A stretch of DNA of 64,000 bases from Dehalococcoidia bacterium (GCA_965248495.1 CBDFJL010000003.1:1343966-1407965); one strand, 5' to 3'; counted from the first letter of the stretch, positions 1 to 10,601 are shown. A program made the numbers and translations. Notes: generated by a model from the letters alone, not told the origin.

Positions 1-56
1 CGAGGAAGGTGAGTCGCACGCGGCGCATGCTTTTGGTCCTTTGGCGCCGTCCGTTC

Positions 57-1289
57 CTAGGTTACGCTGGCCGGCACGGCCGACTCGAAGGCGTCGACGG
101 TGGCGGCGATGTTGATGGGCTTAACGACATCTTGCACGAGCTCGACGGTCTTCAGGCCGTTGCCCGTAATGTAGACCACCGTCAACTCATCGGGCCCGAT
201 GGCGCCGGACTCGGCCAGCTGCTTGAGGCCTGAGATGGCAACACCACCCGCGGCCTCGGTGAAGATGCCCTCGGTCCGCGCCAGGAGCTTCACGCCCGCG
301 GCGACTTCGTCCTCGGGGACGACCACGGCGGAGCCCCCCGATGCCTCGATGGTCTTCAGTGCATAGTAACCGTCAGCCGGGTTGCCGATGGCGAGCGACT
401 TCGCCACGCTGTTCGGCTTGACCGGTTTGATGATGAACCGGCCATCGAGGTACGCCTCGGCGATGGGAGCGCAGCCGGCCGCTTGAGCCAGGTGCATGCG
501 CGTTCGCACCGGCGAGTCGATCAGGCCGACGTCGGCAAACTCGTTGAGGCCCTTCCATATCTTGGTGAACATCGCCCCGGAGGCCGCGGGGGCGATGGCG
601 TGCATGGGAGCCCGCCAGCCAAGCTGCTCCGCTACCTCGTAGCCCAGGCTCTTGGAGCCGTCGGCGTAAAAGGGGCGGACGTTGATATTCACGAAGGCCC
701 AGTGGTACTTGTCCGCCAGCTCGCTGCACAGGCGGTTGACGTCGTCGTAGCTGCCGTCGACGGAGACAATGGTGGCGTCGTAGATAGCCGCGCCCAGCAC
801 CTTGCCCGCCTCCAGGTCCGACGGGATGAAGACGTAGGCCTTCATCCCCGTGCGCGCCGCGTGCGCGGAGACGGAGCCAGCGAGGTTCCCGGTCGACGCG
901 CAGGCGATGGTCTTGAACCCGAACTCCAGGGCCTTGGTCGTCGCAACCGAGACGACCCGGTCCTTGAAGGAGTAGGAAGGGTTTACGCTGTCGTTCTTGA
1001 TGTAGAGCTCGTTTAGCCCCAGCGCCTCGGCCAGGTTACGCGAGCGAATAAGCGGAGTGAAACCGGCGTTGATGTCCACGAGCGGGTTGTAGTCCGCGGG
1101 GAGGAAGTCCGCGTAGCGCCACATGCTGCGGGGGCCTGCTTCGATCTTCTTGCGCGACGTCGACTTCTTGATCGCATCGTAGTCGTATACGACTTCGAGC
1201 GGCCCAAAGCAGAACTCGCACACGTTCAGCGGCTCCACGGGATACTCCCGTGAACACTCGCGGCAGCGCAGCGACAATACATTGGCCAC
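57..1289 (-). CDS. thrC: threonine synthase
   Basis: 410-aa ORF. N-terminal Cys-rich segment (CRECSREY..CEFCFGPLE) followed by a PLP-fold region with the NPSYSFKDR lysine motif typical of ThrC. Confidence 0.85.
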   Translation of the reverse strand: MANVLSLRCRECSREYPVEPLNVCEFCFGPLEVVYDYDAIKKSTSRKKIEAGPRSMWRYADFLPADYNPLVDINAGFTPLIRSRNLAEALGLNELYIKNDSVNPSYSFKDRVVSVATTKALEFGFKTIACASTGNLAGSVSAHAARTGMKAYVFIPSDLEAGKVLGAAIYDATIVSVDGSYDDVNRLCSELADKYHWAFVNINVRPFYADGSKSLGYEVAEQLGWRAPMHAIAPAASGAMFTKIWKGLNEFADVGLIDSPVRTRMHLAQAAGCAPIAEAYLDGRFIIKPVKPNSVAKSLAIGNPADGYYALKTIEASGGSAVVVPEDEVAAGVKLLARTEGIFTEAAGGVAISGLKQLAESGAIGPDELTVVYITGNGLKTVELVQDVVKPINIAATVDAFESAVPASVT

Positions 1290-1415
1290 GGGAACCCCTC
1301 CTCGTGACCGGCCATGCTAACGGCGAGCGTGGTTACGGTCAAGGTACGGAGCAGACCGTGGCCGGGCGGACAGCCTCCAGGGAGCTCCATCAGACGTCGA
1401 CGTGAGGAATTGAGG

Positions 1416-1476
1416 ATTGATGGTGGTACACTCAAGCTTGCTATCGCGCACAGTGTGTGAGCGTGTATCGCTCAAG
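1416..1476. promoter_or_regulatory. two HAIR-like (HspR operator) 7-N7-7 inverted repeats upstream of dnaJ
   Basis: ATTGATG-N7-ACTCAAG (1416-1436) and TGTGAGC-N7-GCTCAAG (1456-1476), compared with the HspR consensus CTTGAGT-N7-ACTCAAG. Located 65-125 nt upstream of the dnaJ-hspR-clpC operon. The left halves are degenerate. Confidence 0.35.
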
Positions 1477-1540
1477 CGACCTGCGGCATCGAACGTACCG
1501 TGAGCTAGCGTAGTGCCAATAGGCGCTGACAAGGACTGAA

Positions 1541-2470
1541 ATGGCGAAGGACTACTACAAGCTGCTTGGTGTGGCACGGGACGCATCGGAGAAGGACATC
1601 CGTACGGCCTACCGGAAGCTCGCCCGGCAGTACCACCCGGACGTGAACCGGAACGACCCCAAGGCCGAGACTAAGTTCAAAGAGGTCAACGAGGCCTATC
1701 AGGTGCTCGCCGACGCGGACACACGCAAGCGCTACGACCGATACGGTGACGACTGGCGCCACGCGGAGCAATTCGAAGCGGCCGGTGCTCGACGGGGCCC
1801 CACGACCGGACCTTCCCGCCGGGGGGGCCCATCCGATGTCGGCTTCGACCTCAGTGACCTGCTGGGCGGCATGTTCGGCGGCGCCCGCGGTCGCCAGCGC
1901 GTGACGGTCGAGGAGCCTCTCAGGCCTCAGCGCGCGGACATCTCCACCGCGATCACCCTGGAGGAGGCGTACGCGGGCACCAAGCGCACGGTGCAGACGT
2001 CCCCGCATCCGCTCACCGGCAGTGCTGGCAAGCGGATCGAAATAAAGATTCCGCCGGGCGTCGACTCCGGCTCGCGGGTCCATGTGGGCGGCGTGGGTGG
2101 CGGCGCCCTCGACATCAACGTCATCATCGAGGTCAAGCCGCACCGCGCTTTCGAGCGTCGCGGCGACGACCTCGGCGTCACCGTCGATGTGCCGCTGACC
2201 GACATGGTCCTCGGCGCCGAAATCGAGGTGCCAACCATCGAGGGGCGCCGTGTGACACTGCGGGTACCGCCCGAGACGCAGAACGGCCGCACGTTCCGCC
2301 TGCGCGGCAAGGGTATGCCCCGTCGCCGTGGCAGTGGGCACGGCGATCTCTTGGCCATGGTCAAAGCGGTGTTGCCGCGTGACCTGTCCGATGACGAGCG
2401 CGGGTTGTTCGAGCGTCTCAGGGAGGCGCGTGAGCACGGGCCCGAGACGGAAACGAAGCAGGACGGGTAA
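1541..2470 (+). CDS. dnaJ: DnaJ-class co-chaperone, CbpA-like (J domain, no zinc-finger domain)
   Basis: N-terminal J domain DYYKLLGV...[25 protein letters not shown] with the HPD motif. C-terminal substrate-binding domains. No CxxCxGxG repeats. 309 aa. Confidence 0.85.
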   Translation: MAKDYYKLLGVARDASEKDIRTAYRKLARQYHPDVNRNDPKAETKFKEVNEAYQVLADADTRKRYDRYGDDWRHAEQFEAAGARRGPTTGPSRRGGPSDVGFDLSDLLGGMFGGARGRQRVTVEEPLRPQRADISTAITLEEAYAGTKRTVQTSPHPLTGSAGKRIEIKIPPGVDSGSRVHVGGVGGGALDINVIIEVKPHRAFERRGDDLGVTVDVPLTDMVLGAEIEVPTIEGRRVTLRVPPETQNGRTFRLRGKGMPRRRGSGHGDLLAMVKAVLPRDLSDDERGLFERLREAREHGPETETKQDG

Positions 2471-2871
2471 TGGCCCGTCAACGAGGAGGCACGATGGTTG
2501 CAACCGACGGCAGGCTGTACAGGCGGACCGAACTGGACGACCAACCGGCCTACGTCATCAGCGTTGCTTCGCGCATGGTTGGTGTCCACGCACAGACCCT
2601 GCGGTACTACGAACGGGTTGGCCTCATGGAGCCGAAGCGCACCGGCGGCAACATCCGGTTGTACTCGGCCCGTGATGTCCAGCATGCACTTTGGATTCGC
2701 TCGCTGATCGACGACCTGGGCATGAACCTCGCCGGCGTGGAGGTCATGATGCGCATGTCTGCTCGGTTGGTTGAACTGGAGGATGAAAACCGGCGGCTCC
2801 GTGAGCAGGTCCCCGCCCACGACGTTCCCCGCCGTGTCGGAGCGCGTGGCCCACGCGTCAGGAGGTCGTAA
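2470..2871 (+). CDS. hspR: MerR-family heat-shock repressor HspR
   Basis: MerR HTH (YVISVASRMVGVHAQTLRYYERVGLMEPKRTGGNIRLYS). TAATG overlap with dnaJ. Position between dnaJ and a Clp ATPase as in HspR regulons. Confidence 0.8.
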   Translation: MARQRGGTMVATDGRLYRRTELDDQPAYVISVASRMVGVHAQTLRYYERVGLMEPKRTGGNIRLYSARDVQHALWIRSLIDDLGMNLAGVEVMMRMSARLVELEDENRRLREQVPAHDVPRRVGARGPRVRRS

Positions 2872-2873
2872 CG

Positions 2874-5339
2874 ATGGTATTCAGGCAAGAAAAGTTCACT
2901 GAACAGGCGCAGGACGCGATACACAGTTCCCAGGAGCTGGTGCGCACCATGCGCCACGCCGAATGGGACGTCGAGCACGTAGTCGTCGCCCTGCTCGAAA
3001 ACGACGAGGGTGTCCCCGCCCAAGTGCTGCGACAGCTCGGCGTTGACGTGCAGCGCGTGCGCGACGAGGTCGGCCTAGCCCTGGAGGCGACGCCGAAGCT
3101 CGCTTTCCAGGCTGCCCAGATCCACCAGACCCCGCGCTCGGCTCGTCTGTTCGAGGATGCGCTGGAGGAGGCCAACCGGCTCCACGACGAGTACATCAGC
3201 ACCGAACATCTCCTCATCGCGGCCGCCGCCGATGAGGGCGGGGAGTCGGCACGGGTGCTGGCGCGCCACGGCGCCGACCGCGAGAAGATCTACCAGGCAT
3301 TGCTGGAGGTCCGCGGTGGCCACCGCGTGACCGACCCGCGGGCCGAGAGCCACTACAAGACCCTGGAGCGCTACAGCATCGACCTGACGGCGCTGGCCAA
3401 GGACGGCAAGCTCGACCCGGTCATCGGCCGCGCGGCCGAGATTCGCCGGGTGATGCAGACGCTATCCCGCCGCACCAAGAACAACCCCGTGATCATCGGC
3501 GGCGCCGGCATCGGCAAGACCGCCATCGCCGAGGGGTTGGCCCAGCGCATCGCCGCAGGCGACGTGCCGCAGGCGCTCCGCGACCGCCGAGTGCTGGCGC
3601 TGGACATGTCCGCCCTCGTGGCGGGGTCCAAGTTCCGCGGCGAGTTCGAGGAGCGGCTCAAGTCGGTGATCGACGAGGTCAAAGAGGCCGGGCGCGAGGT
3701 CATCCTCTTCATAGACGAGCTGCACACCGTCGTGGGCGCAGGCGCCGCGGAGGGTGGCATCGACGCCGCCAACATCATGAAGCCAGCGCTGTCGAGGGGT
3801 GAAATGCAGGTCGTCGGCGCCACGACCCCCGACGAGTACCGTCGCTACATCGAGAAGGATGCCGCGCTCGAGCGCCGCTTCCAGCCGGTCTGGCTCGAGG
3901 AGCCGACGGTGGACGAGGCCATCGAGATCTTGCGCGGCCTCAAGCCCCGCTACGAGGCCCACCACAAGGTCCGCTTCGACGACGCGGCCCTGGTGGCCGC
4001 CGCTCGGCTCAGCGCACGCTACATCACCGGGCGTCATCTGCCCGACAAGGCGGTCGACCTCATGGACGAGGCGGCGGCCAAGCTGCGCCTTGACTCCGAG
4101 AGCCTGCCGCCCGAGCTCCACGAAGAGGAGCGCAAGCTCCGCAGGCTCCAGGACGAGGAGAACGCGGCCGCCGAGCGCAACGACTTCGAGGCCGCGGCGC
4201 GCATCAAGGCGGAGCGCCTCCAACTGCAGGACGCGTTCGACAAGGAGCGGGCCGAGTTCCTCGGCGAGGACGTCACCGACCTCGTGGTCGAGGAGGACGA
4301 CATCGCCAAGCTCATCGCCAGCTGGACCGGCATTCCCGCCACGCGCCTTCTCGAAGAAGAGGCAGAGCGGCTGATCCACCTGGAGGACCGCTTGCACGAG
4401 CGCGTCGTCGGCCAGCACGATGCCATCACGGCCATCGCCGACGCTATCAGGCGCTCCCGCGCCGGCCTCCAGGACCCGAAGCGGCCCATCGGCAGCTTCA
4501 TGTTCCTGGGCCCGACCGGGGTGGGGAAGACGGAGCTCGCCCGAGCCCTCGCCGCGTTCCTGTTCGACGACGAGGAGAACATGGTGCGGATCGACATGTC
4601 CGAGTATGGCGAGCGCCATACCGTTTCGCGACTCATCGGCGCCCCGCCCGGATACGTTGGCTACGAGGAGGCGGGCCAGCTGACCGAAGCCGTGCGCCGC
4701 CGTCCTTTCCGGGTCGTGCTCTTCGACGAGATCGAGAAGGCGCACCCGGACGTGTTCAACCTGCTCCTGCAAATACTGGAGGACGGCCGGCTCACCGACG
4801 GCCATGGCCGTACGGTCGACTTCCGCAACGTGGTCGTCATCATGACCTCGAACTTGGGCACCGCTGAGTTCACCAAGGCAGGCATCGGCTTCCAGCTCGG
4901 CGAGCAGACGGCCAGCGACGAGCAGCGCCACCGCGACGCCGTGCTGGAGGCGCTCAAGCGCGAGTTCCGTCCCGAGTTCCTGAACCGGGTCGACGAGTTC
5001 ATCGTCTTCCAAGAGCTGAAGGAGGACGAGATCGCTCAGATCGTCGACCTCATGGTCCACGAGGTGCAGGAGCGGGTCGTGGACCGCAAGGTCGAGCTGG
5101 ACCTGACGCCGGCGGCGAAGACGTGGCTGGCGCACGAGGGCTTCGACCCGGTCTACGGCGCCCGGCCGCTACGGCGGGCCATCCAGCGCCACGTTGAGAA
5201 CGAGCTGGCCAAGCGCATCCTGTCTGGCGAGATCCACGACGGCGACACCGTCGAGGTGGACGCGGGGAAAGATGGGCTGACGTTTACGTCGCAGCGGAGC
5301 CCCGCGCAGCGGGAGCCCGCCGCGGCCGAGTCGGCGTAG
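2874..5339 (+). CDS. clpC: AAA+ Hsp100/Clp ATPase, ClpC-like (short M-domain, IGF-type loop)
   Basis: 821 aa. Clp_N repeats. Two Walker A motifs ([16 protein letters not shown]). Short UVR-like middle domain ([17 protein letters not shown]). AGIGFQ loop in NBD2 that ClpB lacks. Confidence 0.85.
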   Translation: MVFRQEKFTEQAQDAIHSSQELVRTMRHAEWDVEHVVVALLENDEGVPAQVLRQLGVDVQRVRDEVGLALEATPKLAFQAAQIHQTPRSARLFEDALEEANRLHDEYISTEHLLIAAAADEGGESARVLARHGADREKIYQALLEVRGGHRVTDPRAESHYKTLERYSIDLTALAKDGKLDPVIGRAAEIRRVMQTLSRRTKNNPVIIGGAGIGKTAIAEGLAQRIAAGDVPQALRDRRVLALDMSALVAGSKFRGEFEERLKSVIDEVKEAGREVILFIDELHTVVGAGAAEGGIDAANIMKPALSRGEMQVVGATTPDEYRRYIEKDAALERRFQPVWLEEPTVDEAIEILRGLKPRYEAHHKVRFDDAALVAAARLSARYITGRHLPDKAVDLMDEAAAKLRLDSESLPPELHEEERKLRRLQDEENAAAERNDFEAAARIKAERLQLQDAFDKERAEFLGEDVTDLVVEEDDIAKLIASWTGIPATRLLEEEAERLIHLEDRLHERVVGQHDAITAIADAIRRSRAGLQDPKRPIGSFMFLGPTGVGKTELARALAAFLFDDEENMVRIDMSEYGERHTVSRLIGAPPGYVGYEEAGQLTEAVRRRPFRVVLFDEIEKAHPDVFNLLLQILEDGRLTDGHGRTVDFRNVVVIMTSNLGTAEFTKAGIGFQLGEQTASDEQRHRDAVLEALKREFRPEFLNRVDEFIVFQELKEDEIAQIVDLMVHEVQERVVDRKVELDLTPAAKTWLAHEGFDPVYGARPLRRAIQRHVENELAKRILSGEIHDGDTVEVDAGKDGLTFTSQRSPAQREPAAAESA

Positions 5340-5359
5340 AGCAGGTCGTCAACGCGAAA

Positions 5360-5386
5360 GAAGGACCCCGCTCGGCGGGGTCCTTC
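5360..5386 (+). terminator. stem-loop terminator after clpC
   Basis: GAAGGACCCCG-ctcgg-CGGGGTCCTTC, an 11-bp stem 20 nt after the stop, followed by a T-rich TTCATGTCTTTG. Confidence 0.55.
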
Positions 5387-5540
5387 TTCATGTCTTTGCG
5401 GTCACCTCCCAACCTCGAGGTCAGCGACCGTGGCCTCGGGCTGGCGCACACCGACATGACGCGTTGGGGCTAGAGCGGTCGAGCCGAAGTGAGCTGATTG
5501 TGATAATAGTGAGCCACCTGAACGGCGGGAGGCGGCTGTC

Positions 5541-6350
5541 TTGGAACGCAAATCTCTTGGCAATACCGGCGAGACGGTGGCGGAGGTCGGGCTTGGCACC
5601 TGGCTCTATAACGGCGACCCGGCCGTCATTCACAAGGCGCTGGAATGCGATGGAAATCTCATCGATACCGCGGAGGGGTACCACACCGAGGATATGGTCG
5701 GCGCCTCCGTTCGCGGCAACCGCAACGCCTACTTCCTGGCCACCAAGGTCTCAGGTGAGCACCTGCGCGCCGCGGACATGGTGAAAGCCTGCGACGCCAG
5801 CTTGAAGCGCCTCGGGACCGAGGTCATCGACCTATACCAGGTTCACTGGCCCAACGACGCCATCCCCATCGCCGAAACCATGGAGGCGATGGCCCGGCTC
5901 CAGCGCGAGGGGAAGATCCGCCACGTCGGCGTGAGCAACTTCTCGGTTGCGCAAACCCAGGAGGCCGACGCCGCGCTGAGGGCCGCGGGCGGTGGCGGCA
6001 TCGTCGCGAATCAGGTTCTCTACAGCCTGTTCGCCCGCGACATCGAGAGCGAGCTGATTCCCTACTGCGAGCAGAACGCCATCACCGTCATCGCCTACAG
6101 CCCGCTGGCGCAGGGCAAGCTCAGCGAGGAGCTCGCGGCCAACCCGGCCGCCGCCGACGCGCTCCGGTCGGTCGCCACCGAGACCGGTAAGACCGAGGCG
6201 CAGGTGCTGCTCAACTGGTGCGTGCGCAGTCCCTGGGTCGTTACCATCCCCGCGACCAACAAGGTGCACCGGGTCGTCGAGGACTTCGGCGCCTCCGGCT
6301 GGTACCTGACCGACGCGCAGTACGCCGCCCTCAGCGGGACGACGCCCTAG
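5541..6350 (+). CDS. aldo/keto reductase
   Basis: 269 aa. AKR motifs (LGTW, IDTAEGY, DLYQVHWP, GVSNF). TTG start 8 nt after GGGAGG. Confidence 0.8.
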   Translation: MERKSLGNTGETVAEVGLGTWLYNGDPAVIHKALECDGNLIDTAEGYHTEDMVGASVRGNRNAYFLATKVSGEHLRAADMVKACDASLKRLGTEVIDLYQVHWPNDAIPIAETMEAMARLQREGKIRHVGVSNFSVAQTQEADAALRAAGGGGIVANQVLYSLFARDIESELIPYCEQNAITVIAYSPLAQGKLSEELAANPAAADALRSVATETGKTEAQVLLNWCVRSPWVVTIPATNKVHRVVEDFGASGWYLTDAQYAALSGTTP

Positions 6351-7744
6351 CCTGCGGCGATCGGCAGCTGCGAGGCCTCCCACGCCGCGATCCCGCCGAC
6401 AAGCTCGACGCAGTTGTCGATACCCGCGCGCTGCAGCAGGCCCATCGCGATGGTCGAGCGGTACGCGGATGCGCAGTGCACGACGCACATGCCCTCGCGG
6501 GAGACCTCGTCAAGTCGCGCGGCCAGCTCGTTGAGCGGTACGTTCACCGAGCCATCGATGCGGCTGGCTTCCCACTCCGACGGCGCGCGGACGTCTATGA
6601 CGACCGGTGGGTGGTCGCCGGAGCGGAGCTCGTCCAACGTTGCGGCGGTGATGCGCTCCACACGGGACATGAGGTCCGCGCGCCCATCCAGTGCCAGCAT
6701 CCCGCCGTCCAGGTAGCCCGCGACCCGGTCGAAACCGATGCGACCCAGGCGCATCGTGGCCTCCGGCTCGGCACCCGGCTCGGCGATGATGACGATGGGC
6801 GTGGCGGGGTCAAGCACCATGCCCGCCCACGTGGCGAACGAGCCGCCCAGGCCGATGCCGATGCTGTCGGCCAGGTGTCCGGCTGCGAACTCCGACGGGT
6901 CGCGGACGTCCAGCACCTGGGCCCCTTCGGCTCGAAGGCGCAGGACCGTATCGAGGTCGAGCGGCTTCAGCGATTGTTCCAGCGCAGCGTCCAGCGTAGC
7001 CCGCTCGCGCCGGTTGAGGTCGGCGTCGAACGCGAAGTACGCGGGCGCCGGAGGCAAGTCGGTCGTCACCAGCGCTACGAACTCGCGCTTGGTCATGGGC
7101 TGGAGCGCGTGGTTGTAGAGCCGTTGGACGCCCAGGGTCGACGAGGTGTCGCTGCTCAGGTTGCGACCGCACATCGAGCCCGCGCCATGCGCCGGGTAGA
7201 CCAGCGTCTCGTCAGGCAGGGGCAGCAGCTTGTCCCGCAACGAGTCGTACAGCATGCCCGCCAGCTCCTCTGAGGTGACGCCGACGGACGCCATGAGGTC
7301 GGGCCGGCCTACGTCCCCGATGAAGAGCGTGTCACCCGTGAGGACCGCGTGCGGGCTCTCCGCATCAGCTGCAAGGTCATAGACGAGTATGGAGATTCCC
7401 TCGGGCGTGTGACCGGGTGTCTCGAGGACCGCGAGCCGTACAGAGCCGAATTCGAGGCTGTCGCCGTCCGCCATGGGAGTGAACGTGTAGTCGGCCCGGG
7501 CCGACGCACCCAGGTGGATCTCGGCACCGAGCCGGTCCCGCAGCTCCAGGTGCCCGGAGACAAAGTCCGCGTGGAAGTGGGTGAGGAAGGCGTGCCGAAT
7601 GGCGAAGCCCTCCCGCTCCGCGTCCGCCAGGTACTCGTCAACGTCGCGCTGCGGGTCGACCACCGCCGCGATGCCGGTCTCCTCGTCCGCGACCATGTAG
7701 GAGGCATGGGCCAGGCATCCCAAAAAGTACTGCTTCAGGTACAT
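6347..7744 (-). CDS. MBL-fold hydrolase fused to two rhodanese domains (persulfide dioxygenase/sulfurtransferase-like)
   Basis: LTHFHADFVSGH metal motif. Two C-terminal rhodanese modules, the last with a VVHCASAYRS active-site loop. Likely start at MYLKQYF (ATG 7744); the ORF track begins at 7768. Confidence 0.75.
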   Translation of the reverse strand: MYLKQYFLGCLAHASYMVADEETGIAAVVDPQRDVDEYLADAEREGFAIRHAFLTHFHADFVSGHLELRDRLGAEIHLGASARADYTFTPMADGDSLEFGSVRLAVLETPGHTPEGISILVYDLAADAESPHAVLTGDTLFIGDVGRPDLMASVGVTSEELAGMLYDSLRDKLLPLPDETLVYPAHGAGSMCGRNLSSDTSSTLGVQRLYNHALQPMTKREFVALVTTDLPPAPAYFAFDADLNRRERATLDAALEQSLKPLDLDTVLRLRAEGAQVLDVRDPSEFAAGHLADSIGIGLGGSFATWAGMVLDPATPIVIIAEPGAEPEATMRLGRIGFDRVAGYLDGGMLALDGRADLMSRVERITAATLDELRSGDHPPVVIDVRAPSEWEASRIDGSVNVPLNELAARLDEVSREGMCVVHCASAYRSTIAMGLLQRAGIDNCVELVGGIAAWEASQLPIAAG

Positions 7745-7832
7745 AACCTCTCCGTTGGTAACGATCAAGCGCGATTATGATGCGGCATTGCTCTTGGGGG
7801 GTGCCAGTGGCGGCAATGGTATCCTGCCGGCC

Positions 7833-8522
7833 GTGGCCAGCGAGCGCGTAGGCGCCATCGTCGTATCCGCCGGTGACAGCACGCGCATGCGTGGCGTCGA
7901 CAAGTCCGTCGTCCCGCTCGCGGGCGTGCCGCTGGTGGCCCGCAGCGTCGAGGTATTCGAGGCTAGCCCCCTCGTCGACGAAATCGTCGTGGTGGTGTCC
8001 GACCGCAACCTGAGCGCGCTCGTCGACCTGGCGCACGAGCGCGGCTGGCGCAAGGTCAGTTCCGTTCGCCTGGGCGGCCAGAGACGGCAGGACTCCGTCC
8101 GGCTGGGCCTGCGTGCCCTCGGGGAGTGCGAGTGGGTCCTCGTCCACGATGGCGCGAGGCCGCTGGTGAGTGAGCGTCTCATCGTCGATGGGCTCGCCGC
8201 CGCTCGGGAGACCGGGGCGGCAATTGCCGCCGTCCGCCCAAAGGACACCGTGAAGCAGATGCGAGGCGATGGCCGGGTCGGCCGGACGCTGAACCGGGAC
8301 CGGCTCGTGGCCGTGCAGACACCGCAGGTGTTTCGCCGAGCCCTGCTCGAAGAGGCCCACGCCAAGATCGTCCGCAATGTCACGGACGACGCTGCCATGG
8401 TGGAGCGGATCGGCGCCGCGGTGTGCGTGTACGAAGGCGACTACGCGAACATCAAAGTGACAACGCTCGAAGACCTGGCCGTGGCCGAGGCGCTGCTGGC
8501 GCGCGCGGGGACACCGGCGTGA
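7833..8522 (+). CDS. ispD: 2-C-methyl-D-erythritol 4-phosphate cytidylyltransferase
   Basis: AIVVSAGDSTRM..DK..PL N-terminal motif. ~229 aa from GTG 7833 (the ORF track starts at 7755). Followed by ispF. Confidence 0.85.
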   Translation: MASERVGAIVVSAGDSTRMRGVDKSVVPLAGVPLVARSVEVFEASPLVDEIVVVVSDRNLSALVDLAHERGWRKVSSVRLGGQRRQDSVRLGLRALGECEWVLVHDGARPLVSERLIVDGLAAARETGAAIAAVRPKDTVKQMRGDGRVGRTLNRDRLVAVQTPQVFRRALLEEAHAKIVRNVTDDAAMVERIGAAVCVYEGDYANIKVTTLEDLAVAEALLARAGTPA

Positions 8523-8548
8523 CACGGTTCTTGTTGTGTGCGAGGAGA

Positions 8549-8655
8549 GCAGGGGATATCCCTCCCCTGCCGGGGGAGTCTGAGGGGGTGTCCCCCTCAG
8601 ACCACCAATCACGTTTGTGGGTGGAGCGGGTGGGTAAGTTGCCCCCGCCACCCAC
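8549..8655. repeat. REP-like block of three consecutive GC-rich hairpins in the ispD-ispF spacer
   Basis: GCAGGGGA-tatccc-TCCCCTGC (8549-8570). GTCTGAGGGGG-tgt-CCCCCTCAGAC (8578-8602). GTGGGTGG...CCACCCAC with an inner GCGGG/CCCGC stem (8617-8655). Confidence 0.6.
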
Positions 8656-8667
8656 GGAGTGGCGACC

Positions 8668-9153
8668 ATGACACGGTTCGGTATCGGTTACGACGCGCAC
8701 CCGCTGGTGGTCGAGCGCCCACTGGTGCTTGGCGGCGTCGAGGTGCCCTACGAACGCGGACTGGAGGGCCACAGCGACGGCGACGTCCTGGCCCACGCCA
8801 TCATCGATGCGCTGCTGGGCGCGGCGGCGCTCGGCGACATCGGAACCCACTTCCGGCCGGGCGACCCATCGGTGCCGGAGGGCGCTTCGAGCATCGCGCT
8901 GCTGGCGCGGGCCATGGTCATGGTCCGCGACGCCGGATGGCAGGTGGGTAACGTCGATGCTACAATCGTCGCCCAGCGCCCCAGGCTCGCCGAGCACATC
9001 GTGGCCATGCGCACGGTGATCGCAGACGCGCTTGGGGCCGGGCTCAATAGCGTGAGCGTCAAGGCCACCACCGAAGACGGCATGGGCTACACCGGGTCGG
9101 GCCAGGGCATGGCCGCCATCGCCGTTGCCTCCCTCGAACCCCTCACCTCCTAG
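8668..9153 (+). CDS. ispF: 2-C-methyl-D-erythritol 2,4-cyclodiphosphate synthase
   Basis: MTRFGIGYDAHPL...GHSDGDVLAHAIIDALLGA signature. ATG 8668 lies 8 nt after GGAG (the ORF track starts at GTG 8659). Confidence 0.9.
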   Translation: MTRFGIGYDAHPLVVERPLVLGGVEVPYERGLEGHSDGDVLAHAIIDALLGAAALGDIGTHFRPGDPSVPEGASSIALLARAMVMVRDAGWQVGNVDATIVAQRPRLAEHIVAMRTVIADALGAGLNSVSVKATTEDGMGYTGSGQGMAAIAVASLEPLTS

Positions 9154-9159
9154 CGTTAG

Positions 9160-10527
9160 ATGAAAATCCAGGACACGCTCAGCGGCGCCAAACGGGAATT
9201 CACTCCGCTCGGCGACGAAGTCCGCATGTACGTGTGCGGCATCACGCCCTACTCGGAGTCGCACGTTGGCCATGCGATGTTCGCCATCGTCTTCGACGTC
9301 GTCCGCCGCTACCTGGAGTATCGCGGCTACCGCGTCCGGCACGTCCAGAACTTCACCGACGTGGAGGACAAGCTGATCGACCGGGCCAACGCTGAGGGTG
9401 TCGCGGTGGCGGAGCTCGCCGAGCGCCACATCGAGGCCTACATGGGCCATCTCGCCGCACTGAACATCAAGCCGGCGCACGTCTACCCACGCGCAACCCA
9501 AGAGATACCGACGATGATCGAGATCATCGAAGGGCTCATCGGGCGGGACATCGCCTACGCAGCTGGTGGCGACGTCTACTTTCGCGTCGACCGCGACCCC
9601 TTGTACGGCAAGCTCAGCCACCGCAGCGTCGACACCATGCGTGCCGGCGTCCGTGTCGAGACCGAGCTGAAGGAGCACCCGCTGGACTTTGCCCTGTGGA
9701 AGAGCGCTAAGCCCGGCGAGCCCTCGTGGGACAGCCCGTGGGGTCCGGGCCGGCCCGGCTGGCACATCGAGTGCTCGGCCATGGCGCTCCACCACCTGGG
9801 CGAGACGGTCGACATTCACGGCGGCGGACAGGACCTCATCTTCCCGCACCACGAAAACGAGATCGCCCAGAGCGAGGCCTACAACGATGGCCAACCTCTG
9901 GCCCAGTTCTGGATGCACAATGGCATGATGCTGTTCGAGGACGAGAAGATGAGCAAGTCGCTGGGCAACCTCGTGACCATCAACGAGGCGCTTGAGAATC
10001 ACTCGCCGGACGCCCTGCGCTACCTCGTGCTCTCGTCGCACTACCGGAGCCCCGCCACCTACTCCGAGGAGCTGATGACGTCGTCGGAACGCGCCGTGGG
10101 GCGCCTCCGCCAGGCGTTGGGCGCGCCCGACCGCTTCGCGGGCCAGGCATTGGACCCCGACGCCTACCGCGTGCGCTTTCTCGATGCGATGGACGACGAC
10201 TTCGGCACGCCCCAGGCAATGGCCGCGCTGTTCGACCTGGCGCGGGAGATCAACCGGGCCTCGGACGATGGCCGGCCCGTCGCCGACGCCCAGCGTTCGT
10301 TGCGTGTGCTCGGGGGCGACGTGCTCGGCTTCACCTTCGCGGAGCGCGAGGCTGACGTCCCGCCGGAGCTGGCGGCCCGCATCCAAGGCCTCGTTGACCG
10401 GCGGACGGCGCTGCGGAGCGAGCGGAGCTTCGCCGAGGCCGACGCCGTGCGCGACGAGCTGGCCGCGTTGAACGTAACGCTGACCGACTCCGCCGGCGGC
10501 ACCCTCTGGCGCGTCGAGGCCGGTTAG
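9160..10527 (+). CDS. cysS: cysteine--tRNA ligase
   Basis: Class I HIGH (HVGHAM) and KMSKS (KMSKSLGN) motifs. 455 aa. Conserved ispDF-cysS order. Confidence 0.95.
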   Translation: MKIQDTLSGAKREFTPLGDEVRMYVCGITPYSESHVGHAMFAIVFDVVRRYLEYRGYRVRHVQNFTDVEDKLIDRANAEGVAVAELAERHIEAYMGHLAALNIKPAHVYPRATQEIPTMIEIIEGLIGRDIAYAAGGDVYFRVDRDPLYGKLSHRSVDTMRAGVRVETELKEHPLDFALWKSAKPGEPSWDSPWGPGRPGWHIECSAMALHHLGETVDIHGGGQDLIFPHHENEIAQSEAYNDGQPLAQFWMHNGMMLFEDEKMSKSLGNLVTINEALENHSPDALRYLVLSSHYRSPATYSEELMTSSERAVGRLRQALGAPDRFAGQALDPDAYRVRFLDAMDDDFGTPQAMAALFDLAREINRASDDGRPVADAQRSLRVLGGDVLGFTFAEREADVPPELAARIQGLVDRRTALRSERSFAEADAVRDELAALNVTLTDSAGGTLWRVEAG

Positions 10528-10601
10528 GCGCCCAGCCCTAGGAACGGCGACAGCATCTTCACGAAGGCGTCCGAGTTGTCGACCGGCACGATGTGGGCCG
10601 T
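10524..10601 (-). pseudogene. relic of the last ~25 codons of an alpha/beta-hydrolase gene (duplicate of 11160-11234)
   Basis: The minus-strand translation TAHIVPVDNSDAFVKMLSPFLGLGA* matches the C-terminus AAHIVPVDNADAFVEALAPFLGLG* of the hydrolase at 11160-11999. 56/66 nt are identical over the aligned codons. Confidence 0.65.
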
